From Guillardia theta CCMP2712 (Eukaryota > Protista > Cryptophyta): a stretch of 64,000 nucleotides of DNA. Shown in pieces: positions 55,450-63,989 of the stretch. How positions within the stretch are numbered: position 1 is the stretch's first letter; each line of letters opens with the position of its first letter. The stretch is from the NCBI RefSeq assembly GCF_000315625.1, contig NW_005434641.1, positions 611,465-675,464 of the forward strand, read 5' to 3'. A program made the translations under genes and the position numbers. The notes beneath the pieces are model-generated. The model saw nothing but the letters and a program-made list of their open reading frames with translations, was not told the origin of the DNA and did not search any database.

Positions 55450-56241
55450 CGTTGAAAGATTCGTGCCATAGGAGAAGATGAAGTTTGAAGGGGATAGAAT
55501 ATCATGTTGATTCACTCTCCTATCTTGTCGTCATCTAAGCTCCCTGAACATGTCGTAAGGCTTCTTCAAAAAGCTCCTCCAAGCCAGAGTAATGATCCGA
55601 TGGGAGTGAGTCTTTATTTTTGTTGCCTTGTGATGCAGTTTTCTGTAAGCTGCTGTCAGTTCGATATCTTGTTGTGAAGTGAAAATATTCGCAAATCTCT
55701 TACCTGTAAGCAAGAGTCGTTTTCTTCAGAAGAAAACAAAAACAATACCTGGTCAAGAGGGGCACACTCTGCCAGTATGGTACATGACGATTCTTGCTTT
55801 ATGCCTTGTATCTTCACATCTTTCACCACAGAATCTCTCGAACTTGTTTGAGATTTACAACTTTCTTCGTCATTGAAGATATTCTTGTCAGAGACTCGGC
55901 TTTGCGATCGGTACGGCCATCGAACGATCCCTAATTTTCGACAGACATTCTTGAGAGTTGTTGTGGCAATGCCCTGTAGGTCACTCAGAAATCCTTCAAT
56001 GCGCACTGAATTTCTACAAAGACTGTGAATATCTTACCAACTTTCTTGCTGCCTCAGTCTCTTGCATGCAAAAATAACCGGATATCTTGTCCAAGCTCAA
56101 TTGAAGAAGTTTTGGTTTGCATCGGAAGGAGCAATTGCGTCGAGCTTTTACCATGACGAAGCCCAGTACAGTCGGCGAGGTGGGAGGCAAAGCCACGGCC
56201 CCGACCGCTGGTGAAAACGAAGATGCATTTCCGTCTTGCAT
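55450..56241 (-). CDS. RWP-RK domain transcription factor; 3' end approximate
   Basis: LSLDKISGYFCMQETEAARKL|GIATTTLKNVCRKLGIVRWPYR. Confidence 0.9.
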
Positions 56242-56880
56242 GTCGAGCAATTTGAATCAGATACTTTTGTTGAGCCCAGGAAGGGTAACCAGGTTTGAGA
56301 GGAGCGGGGGAAGAAATCGTGTTTCTTGCGAGGTGTCAGCGACGATTGCAAAGGCCGAGCGGGGGCAAATTGTTTTGTTTGTCCCTTTGTTTGTCATCCG
56401 TCATGCACGTCGGTAACGTGACTTTACAATTTAGAGAAGTTTAGATCTTCATTCTCATTTCAATTTCAAATTTGATAGGGCGTCTCCGTAACGTCTGGTT
56501 CGCTCTTTGAGTCACGGCCGCAAGTCATCACAAAGGGCTTGCAGACCTTTTGCAAAATCAATACGGCAACGGTTGGAGATAGAATCCGGACTCACAGGCT
56601 CGCACGGTACCAGAAAATGTTTTAGGGAGAATCCAGCAGGTAGCGAAAAAAAAAAGGCTTGCAAGTTGGTACAAATGCTTAGTCAACAATCATGCCGTGT
56701 TCTGAGGTGCGAACGGAGTTAGGCCCCGGGAGACTAATAGTGCACTGAGCTGATTTGCCACGGTCGTGAGGGGAGAAGGGTGCGACAGAGAAAGGTAGTC
56801 GGGCCGAACTGCCAGGTCACGAGATCCCTGTTAGACTAGAATAGAGCACGGTGATATGATAACAAGCCATGCAACCTACC

Positions 56881-56924
56881 TAGCATTCTAATAAACTCAA
56901 CTACTACTACTACTACTACTACTA
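56881..56924 (+). mobile_element. 3'-terminal remnant of a related element with a (CTA)8 tail
   Basis: TAGCATTCTAATAAACTCA is identical to 63951-63969 at the end of unit 3, followed by (CTA)8 running into GGGTTTAGGG. Confidence 0.7.
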
Positions 56925-56982
56925 GGGTTTAGGGTTTAGGGTTTAGGGTTTAGGGTTTAGGGTTTAGGGTTTAGGGTTTAGG
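56923..56982 (+). repeat. Telomeric repeat tract (TTTAGGG)7 plus partial repeats
   Basis: Directly visible. Confidence 0.98.
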
Positions 56983-58544
56983 AGCGCCGGTTATTTCAGG
57001 CACCATGGCTGCACGCGTGGTGTAGGGGAAGCCGCCAGGGCGCCAAGGAAGCTGCAAGCGAGAGGTTTGTATAGTTTATCAGCTTTCTAAGTATGGTTCT
57101 TCAGTATGATGAAAATGTTCGCAACCTGCTGTATCGGAGATCATGCCAATACACGCAGGGCGAGCTTGTGGATGCCGCGGTCCTCGAAGCTGATCTTGTC
57201 GAGAAAGTGAAGAGCTTCGCGAAACGTTTTCCTAACAGTAGGACAGCTCAGGCTTGCAAGGCTGTGGAGGGATGCACCCCCGACGCTATCGCAGAAGCCA
57301 TCCGCTCGACATGTCAGCAGGCACGACGTGAGCTTCTACAAGAAGCGATGACTGGATGGAGTGACGCATCCAGAGAGTGGTTTATGCAGCAGATTGAAGA
57401 AGCCAAGAAGGAGAAGGTCGAGACATACACCGCCTCAGCAGGCAACGAGGTGACTTCCTTCATCTCCATGACTCTCCTGGGCATCTCCTCGGTGTATGTC
57501 AACCATGAAGAGAAGCTGAAGAAGAAATTCGATGAGATCGGACTGATTCAACGGTAGACTAAGTGCAAGAGAGTAAAGCGATCATGTGGAAGGCTCCGTA
57601 TAGATCCGAGATAGCGAGTGCTGATGAGATCCCGGTGACTGTTTCCTTCCTCCGCAATGCACAAGCGGAGAAGCTCTGGCAGGGAAGAGAGGACTTCGCG
57701 ATCGATGGTCGCAAGTTCACAGCTGTACATGTGAGCATCGGGCACGATCGATCTTTCAAGATTCGAGCCAAGAGCCTGAGGACCCTGGGGCAAAGGGGGC
57801 AGCTTGGCAGAGCTGACTCACCTGCTATCCTTGGGCGGCATGACAACAGCAGAAATAGCTGATGTCTACCGCTATCAGCTGCTGCGCCAGTCCCTTGCAG
57901 CTGTCCAACTCCAGCCGCTGGCAGGCATGCTGGTCGCTTGGGAGTCCACAAAGGCTTAGGTCAGAAAGGCTTCGTCGCTGTAGGGGCCAACGTCATCTGG
58001 AGACAGAGGGAGGGGCGGGGGCCGTGGAGTGGATCGTCTCCTCGAGCTGCCCAGAGGCGAATGATACAGCATTTCGAGCTTTCCGAGAGAGCGAAGCGAT
58101 GGAGGGAGTACACCTGACTCTGTTCAGCGAGGACCCGAAGATCAGAGAGGCGCTCGCAGTCGAGTTGACAGCCGATCGCTTTGTCTCTAGGAACAAGTTG
58201 AAGAAGGCATCAAGACTGCAGAAGAAGGCAGGCGGCAGCGACGACAAGGAGATCAAGATCATCATCAAGTCGACGGCGGCATCTGGTCGCTTCACGAGGA
58301 AGGAGATGGAGGGGCTGTGCAACGGCGGCAACACGTCTATCGCAAGAGTCAAGAGAGTCTTGTTGGAGATCGCTAACAGGCTCGAGATCAAAGTTGAAGG
58401 CATCGACATGGAGGAGGATTTGAACACCAAGTCCTGGAACCGGGTCCAAGCTATGCATCCTTCTCGGGTCCACGGAGGATGCTCGACGCATGATGAAGGA
58501 GCTGCCCTTCTGTCTCGAAGGCGCAGCAACCAAGCTCGAAGCAG
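56983..58544 (+). mobile_element. Telomeric element unit 1: degenerate, 3'-truncated copy
   Basis: Colinear with the 5' ~1.55 kb of units 2/3, with frameshifting indels; ends at ...AAGCTCGAAGCAG directly followed by telomeric repeats. Confidence 0.85.
57093..58544 (+). pseudogene. Frameshifted, truncated copy of the element ORF
   Basis: Homologous peptide split over ORFs 57093-57557, 57563-57862 and 57862-58551. Confidence 0.85.
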
Positions 58545-58572
58545 GGTTTAGGGTTTAGGGTTTAGGGTTTAG
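58543..58572 (+). repeat. Telomeric repeat tract, about 4 repeats
   Basis: AGGG(TTTAGGG)3TTTAG. Confidence 0.98.
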
Positions 58573-58673
58573 ATTTTCGGCAGCATGGCTCCTCGTCAGG
58601 TGTAGGGGAAGCCGCCAGGGCGCCAAGGAAGCTGCAAGCAAGAGGTTTGTATACTTCAAATAGCTTTCTAAGT

Positions 58674-60815
58674 ATGGTTCTTCAGTATGATGAAAATGTT
58701 CGCAACCTGCTGTATCGGAGATCATGCCAATACACGCAGAGCGGACTTGTGGATGCCTCTGTCCTCGAAGCTGATCTCGTCGAGAGAGTGAAGAGCTTCG
58801 CGAAGCGTTATCCGAACAGCAGGACAGCCCAGGCTTGCAAGGCTGTGGAGGGATGCACCCCCGACGCTATCGCAGAAGCCATCCGCTCGACATGTCAGCA
58901 GGCACGACGTGAGCTTCTGCAAGAAGCGATGACTGGATGGAGTGACGCATCCAGAGAGTGGTTTATGCAGCAGATTGAAGAAGCCAAGAAGGAGAAGGTC
59001 GAGACATACACCGCCTCAGCAGGCAACGAGGTGACTCCCTTCATCTCCATGACTCTCCTGGGCATCTCCTCGGTGTATGTCAACCATGAAGAAAAGCTGA
59101 AGAAGAAATTCGAAGAGATCGGACTGATCGTAGACTCAGTGCAAGAGAGTAAAGCAATCATGTGGAAGGCTCCGTATAGACCCGAGATAGCGAGTGCTGA
59201 TGAGATCCCGGTGACTGTTTCCTTCCTCCGCAATGCACAAGCGGAGAAGCTCTGGCAGGGAAGAGAGGACTTCGCGATCGATGGTCGCAAGTTCACAGCT
59301 GTACATGTGAGCATCGTGCACGATCGATCTTTCAAGATTCGAGCCAAGAGAGGACCCTGGGGCAAAGGGGGCAGCTTGGCAGAGCTGACTCACCTGCTAA
59401 CCTTGGGCGGCATGACAACGGCTGAGATAGCTGCCGTCTATCGCTATCAGCTGCTGCGCCAGTCCCTTGCAGCGGTCCAACTCCAGCCGCTGGCAGGCAT
59501 GCTGGTCGCTGGGGCGCCAGGCCAGCAAGTCCACAAAGGCTTAGGTCAGAAAGGCTTCATCGCTGTAGGGGCCAACGTCATCTGGAGACAGAGGGAGGTG
59601 GAGTGGATCGTCTCCTCGAGCTGCCCAGAGGCGAATGATACAGCATTTCGAGCTTTCCGAGAGAGCGAAGCGATGGAGGGAGTACACCTGACTCTGTTCA
59701 GCGAGGACCCGAAGATCAGAGAGGCGCTCGCAGTCGAGTTGACAGCCGATCGCTTTGTGTCCAGAAATAAGTTGAAGAAGGCATCAAGGATGCAGAAGAA
59801 GGCAGGCGGCAAGGACGGCAAGGAGATCAAGATCATCATCAAGTCGACGGCGGCATCTGGTCGCTTCACGAGGAAGGAGATGGAGGGGCTGTGCAACGGC
59901 GGCAACACGTCCATCGCAAGAGTCAAGAGAGTCTTGTTGGAGATCGCTAACAGGCTCGAGATCAACGTTGAAGGCATCGACATGGAGGAGGATTTGAACA
60001 CGAAGTCTTGGAACGGGTCCAAGCTATGCATCCTCCTCGGCTCCACGGAGGATGCTCGACGCATGATGAAGGAGCTGCCCTTCTATCTCGAAGGCGCAGC
60101 AACCAAGCTCGAAGCAGTCGGCTTCGACAAGGAGCCTGAGGCGGCTGGTCAGCGGGGCACCAGCGACGCAGCGCAGCGACAGGAGGAGAGCGAGGGAGAG
60201 TGGCTGGAGTTTACAGACCTGGAGAGGATCACAATGGAGGCAGCATCTCCGTCAAGCCAAGAGGACATGCAGCTCGTCAGCGAGCTGTCAGCAGTCATCG
60301 AAGATGCAGCTTCTTTGAACGAGGCAGGGACGAGCGAGCCGATCAAGCTGGTCCTGGACAAGGCCGTTGGCAACCTCCACGACACGTTCTACTCTCCGGG
60401 GAGCCTGGAGTTCATGTCGCTGGGAGAGTGGGCGAAGATGCCAGAGGAGCAGGGAGTTGGGCGCAACGTTCTCAAGGAGAAGCTGGGGAAGTGGCTGCAG
60501 AGCAAGCGCTGGACTCGCGTGCAAGGAGAGAGCAAGAAGGCAAGGAGGGGCAGCGCGTTCTCGCCACGGGCAACGGCAGCTGCTGAGCTTGAGCAGGAGG
60601 CGGAGAGCGACGACATAGAGCGTCGATCTCTTAGCCTCCTGTTCATAGCACTGAGTAAATTCGCAGAGATGCATGTGCTGGCCTGCTCGCTGAAGGTGGA
60701 CAAGAAGGACCGACTGCGAGTGGAGATGAGGGAAGATGACGAAGAAGAGGAAGACATGGAGGAAGAGCAAGGCGAGGGCGAGGAAGAAGACGGGGCGAGC
60801 CCGTACCGAGCTTGA
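58674..60815 (+). CDS. ~713-aa element protein with RRM-like segments and an acidic C-terminal tail (LINE ORF1p/Gag-like)
   Basis: Uninterrupted ORF, first in-frame ATG at 58674; RRM-like patterns MTLLGI..EEKLKKKFEEIGLIVDSV..VTVSF..AQAEKLW..IDGRKFTAV and KIIIK..LCILLGSTEDARRMMKELPFYLEG..KLEAV. Confidence 0.8.
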   Translation: MVLQYDENVRNLLYRRSCQYTQSGLVDASVLEADLVERVKSFAKRYPNSRTAQACKAVEGCTPDAIAEAIRSTCQQARRELLQEAMTGWSDASREWFMQQIEEAKKEKVETYTASAGNEVTPFISMTLLGISSVYVNHEEKLKKKFEEIGLIVDSVQESKAIMWKAPYRPEIASADEIPVTVSFLRNAQAEKLWQGREDFAIDGRKFTAVHVSIVHDRSFKIRAKRGPWGKGGSLAELTHLLTLGGMTTAEIAAVYRYQLLRQSLAAVQLQPLAGMLVAGAPGQQVHKGLGQKGFIAVGANVIWRQREVEWIVSSSCPEANDTAFRAFRESEAMEGVHLTLFSEDPKIREALAVELTADRFVSRNKLKKASRMQKKAGGKDGKEIKIIIKSTAASGRFTRKEMEGLCNGGNTSIARVKRVLLEIANRLEINVEGIDMEEDLNTKSWNGSKLCILLGSTEDARRMMKELPFYLEGAATKLEAVGFDKEPEAAGQRGTSDAAQRQEESEGEWLEFTDLERITMEAASPSSQEDMQLVSELSAVIEDAASLNEAGTSEPIKLVLDKAVGNLHDTFYSPGSLEFMSLGEWAKMPEEQGVGRNVLKEKLGKWLQSKRWTRVQGESKKARRGSAFSPRATAAAELEQEAESDDIERRSLSLLFIALSKFAEMHVLACSLKVDKKDRLRVEMREDDEEEEDMEEEQGEGEEEDGASPYRA

Positions 60816-60840
60816 GCTGAGCCCAAGGTAAGGAGAGAAG

Positions 60841-61054
60841 GTAGGAGGCGACCGAAGGCCAAGGTGAGGAGAGGCAACTCTCCTGACTGAGGCTGAGGAA
60901 GCTGAATGGAGGAGGAGTAGGGGGCGACCGAAGGCCAAGGTGAGGAGAGGCAACTCTCCTGACTGAGGCTGAGGAAGCTGAATGGAGGTAGAGTAGGTGG
61001 CGACCGAAGGCCAAGGTGAGGAGAGGCAACTCTCCTGACTGAGGCTGAGGAAGC
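60841..61054 (+). repeat. Three 76-bp direct repeats in the element 3' UTR
   Basis: GCGACCGAAGGCCAAGGTGAGGAGAGGCAACTCTCCTGACTGAGGCTGAGGAAGC starting at 60848, 60924 and 61000. Confidence 0.95.
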
Positions 61055-61227
61055 CAAGAGAAGACAGCAGAAGTAGAGAGTAGAAAGACGCCTCAGAAGC
61101 AGGGTTCGCATTGTAGGCCGTGTACTCCCAGTGCTCGAGCGCCTCTTTAGACTAGGATCAAATTGCAAAAGCCCACAACGAGGCCGAGCAACATTCTAAT
61201 AAACTCACATAATAATAATAATAATAA

Positions 61228-61308
61228 TAGGGTTTAGGGTTTAGGGTTTAGGGTTTAGGGTTTAGGGTTTAGGGTTTAGGGTTTAGGGTTTAGGGTTTAG
61301 GGTTTAGG
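61228..61308 (+). repeat. Telomeric repeat tract (TTTAGGG)10 plus partial repeats
   Basis: Directly visible. Confidence 0.98.
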
Positions 61309-61419
61309 AGCGCCGGTTATTTCAGGCACCATGGCTGCACGCGTGGTGTAGGGGAAGCTGCCAGGGCGCCAAGGAAGCTGCAAGCGAGAGGTTTGTATAC
61401 TTCAAATAGCTTTCTAAGT

Positions 61420-63567
61420 ATGGTTCTTCAGTATGATGAAAATGTTCGCAACCTGCTGTATCGGAGATCATGCCAATACACGCAGAGCGGACTTGTGGAT
61501 GCCTCTGTCCTCGAAGCTGATCTTGTCGAGAGGGTGAAGAGCTTCGCGAAGCGTTATCCGAACAGCAGGACAGCCCAGGCTTGCAAGGCTGTGGAGGGAT
61601 GCACCCCCGACGCTATCGCAGAAGCCATCCGCTCGACATGTCAGCAGGCACGACGTGAGCTTCTGCAAGAAGCGATGACTGGATGGAGTGACGCATCCAG
61701 AGAGTGGTTTATGCAGCAGATTGAAGAAGCCAAGAAGGAGAAGGTCGAGACATACACCGCCTCAGCAGGCAACGAGGTGACTTCCTTCATCTCCATGACT
61801 CTCCTGGGCATCTCCTCGGTGTATGTCAACCATGAAGAGAAGCTGAAGAAGAAATTTGAAGAGATCGGACTGATCGTAGACTCAGTGCAAGAGAGTAAAG
61901 CAATCATGTGGAAGGCTCCGTATAGACCCGAGATAGCGAGTGCTGAGGAGATCCCGGTGACTGTTTCCTTCCTCCGCAATGCACAAGCGGAGAAGCTCTG
62001 GCAGGGAAGAGAGGACTTCGCGATCGATGGTCGCAAGTTCACAGCTGTACATGTGAGCATCGTGCACGATAGATCTTTCAAGATTCGAGCCAAGAGAGGA
62101 CCCTGGGGCAAAGGGGGCAGCTTGGCAGAGCTGACTCACCTGCTAACCTTGGGCGGCATGACAACGGCTGAGATAGCTGCCGTCTATCGCTATCAGCTGC
62201 TGCGCCAGTCCCTTGCAGCGGTCCAACTCCAGCCGCTGGCAGGCATGCTGGTCGCTGGGGCGCCAGGACAGCAAGTCCACAAAGGCTTAGGTCAGAAAGG
62301 CTTCATCGCTGTAGGGGCCAACGTCATCTGGAGACAGAGGGAGGTGGAGTGGATCGTCTCCTCGAGCTGCCCAGAGGCGAATGATACAGCATTTCGAGCT
62401 TTCCGAGAGAGCGAAGCGATGGAGGGAGTACACCTGACTCTGTTCAGCGAGGACCCGAAGATCAGAGAGGCGCTCGCAGTCGAGTTGACAGCTGATCGCT
62501 TTGTGTCCAGAAATAAGTTGAAGAAGGCATCAAGGATGCAGAAGAAGGCAGGCGGCAAGGACGGCAAGGAGATCAAGATCATCATCAAGTCGACGGCGGC
62601 ATCTGGTCGCTTCACGAGGAAGGAGATGGAGGGGCTGTGCAACGGCGGCAACACGTCTATCGCAAGAGTCAAGAGAGTCTTGTTGGAGATCGCTAACAGG
62701 CTCGAGATCAACGTTGAAGGCATCGACATGGAGGAGGATTTGAACACCAAGTCCTGGAACGGGTCCAAGCTAGGCATCCTCCTCGGCTCCACGGAGGATG
62801 CTCGACGCATGATGAAGGAGCTGCCCTTCTATCTCGAAGGCGCAGCAACCAAGCTCGAAGCAGTCGGCTTCGACAAGGAGCCTGACTCTGAGGCGGCTGG
62901 TCAGCGGGGCACCAGCGACGCAGCGCAGCGACAGGAGGAGAGCGAGGGAGAGTGGCTGGAGTTTACAGACCTGGAGAGGATCACAATGGAGGCAGCATCT
63001 CCGTCAAGCCAAGAGGACATGCAGCTCGTCAGCGAGCTGTCAGCAGTCATCGAAGATGCAGCTTCTTTGAACGAGGCGGGGACGAGCGAGCCGATCAAGC
63101 TGGTCCTGGACAAGGCCGTTGGCAACCTCCACGACACGTTCTACTCTCCGGGGAGCCTGGAGTTCATGTCGCTGGGAGAGTGGGCGAAGATGCCAGAGGA
63201 GCAGGGAGTTGGGCGCAACGTTCTCAAGGAGAAGCTGGGGAAGTGGCTGCAGAGCAAGCGCTGGACTCGCGTGCAAGGAGAGAGCAAGAAGGCAAGGAGG
63301 GGCAGCGCGTTCTCGCCACGGGCAACGGCAGCTGCTGAGCTTGAGCAGGAGGCGGAGAGCGACGACATAGAGCGTCGATCTCTTAGCCTCCTGTTCATAG
63401 CACTGAGTAAATTCGCAGAGATGCATGTGCTGGCCTGCTCGCTGAAGGTGGACAAGAAGGACCGACTGCGGGTGGAGATGAGGGAAGATGGCGAAGAAGA
63501 GGAAGACATGGAGGAAGAGCAAGGCGAGGGCGAGGAAGAAGACGGGGCGAGCCCGTACCGAGCTTGA
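61420..63567 (+). CDS. ~715-aa element protein (ORF1p/Gag-like, RRM-like segments)
   Basis: Differs from the unit 2 protein by 4 substitutions and a 2-aa insertion. Confidence 0.8.
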   Translation: MVLQYDENVRNLLYRRSCQYTQSGLVDASVLEADLVERVKSFAKRYPNSRTAQACKAVEGCTPDAIAEAIRSTCQQARRELLQEAMTGWSDASREWFMQQIEEAKKEKVETYTASAGNEVTSFISMTLLGISSVYVNHEEKLKKKFEEIGLIVDSVQESKAIMWKAPYRPEIASAEEIPVTVSFLRNAQAEKLWQGREDFAIDGRKFTAVHVSIVHDRSFKIRAKRGPWGKGGSLAELTHLLTLGGMTTAEIAAVYRYQLLRQSLAAVQLQPLAGMLVAGAPGQQVHKGLGQKGFIAVGANVIWRQREVEWIVSSSCPEANDTAFRAFRESEAMEGVHLTLFSEDPKIREALAVELTADRFVSRNKLKKASRMQKKAGGKDGKEIKIIIKSTAASGRFTRKEMEGLCNGGNTSIARVKRVLLEIANRLEINVEGIDMEEDLNTKSWNGSKLGILLGSTEDARRMMKELPFYLEGAATKLEAVGFDKEPDSEAAGQRGTSDAAQRQEESEGEWLEFTDLERITMEAASPSSQEDMQLVSELSAVIEDAASLNEAGTSEPIKLVLDKAVGNLHDTFYSPGSLEFMSLGEWAKMPEEQGVGRNVLKEKLGKWLQSKRWTRVQGESKKARRGSAFSPRATAAAELEQEAESDDIERRSLSLLFIALSKFAEMHVLACSLKVDKKDRLRVEMREDGEEEEDMEEEQGEGEEEDGASPYRA

Positions 63568-63594
63568 GCTGAGCCCAAGGTAATGAGAGAAGGT

Positions 63595-63808
63595 GGAGGC
63601 GACCGAAGGCCAAGGTGAGGAGAGGCAACTCTCCTGACTGAGGCTGAGGAAGCTGAATGGAGGACGAGTAGGTGGCGGCAACCGAAGGCCAAGGTGAGGA
63701 GAGGCAACTCTCCTGACTGAGGCTGAGGAAGCTGAATGGAGGTAGAGTAGGTGGCGACCGATGGCCAAGGTGAGGAGAGGCAACTCTTTTGACTGAGGCT
63801 GAGGAAGC
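63595..63808 (+). repeat. Three ~76-79-bp direct repeats in the unit 3 3' UTR
   Basis: Same repeat as 60841-61054 with minor variants. Confidence 0.95.
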
Positions 63809-63989
63809 CAAGAGAAGACAGCAAAAGTAGAAAGTAGAAAGACGCCTCAGAAGCAGGGTTCGCATTGTAGGCCGTGTACTCCCAGTGCTCGAGCGCCTCT
63901 TTAGACTAGGATCAAATTGCATAAGCCCACAACGAGGCCGAGCAACATTCTAGCATTCTAATAAACTCACATAATAATAATAATAATAA

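Larger units (their letters stand above)
58573..61227 (+). mobile_element. Telomeric element unit 2, full length (~2.65 kb), ORF1-only non-LTR-like
   Basis: Leader, single ORF, 3x76-bp repeats, AATAAA and (TAA)6, flanked on both sides by TTTAGGG tracts. Confidence 0.85.
61309..63989 (+). mobile_element. Telomeric element unit 3, full length (~2.68 kb)
   Basis: Near-identical to unit 2; same 5' leader as unit 1; (TAA)6 tail at 63972-63989. Confidence 0.85.

Noticed and set aside
58573-58650. HDV-like ribozyme at the element 5' end (GGCAGC...CTCCTCGTC...GCCGCC)
   Set aside because: The putative P1 is mismatched, P2/P3 cannot be formed, and the motif is not conserved in units 1 and 3.
60841-61054. 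76-bp repeats as a CRISPR array or hammerhead ribozymes (CTGAGGA matches CUGANGA)
   Set aside because: Inter-repeat segments are near-identical rather than unique spacers, and no GAAA core or three-stem hammerhead could be built by eye. An Infernal/RNAmotif search would settle it.
60288-61168. Long antisense ORFs over the element 3' end (also 63040-63922)
   Set aside because: Low-complexity products explained by the purine-rich repeats; the frames differ between the two copies.
58573-63989. Autonomous LINE, Penelope/Athena or LTR element; Y'-type helicase
   Set aside because: No RT, endonuclease, integrase or Walker A/DExH motifs are visible in the listed ORFs, and there is no room for a second ORF.
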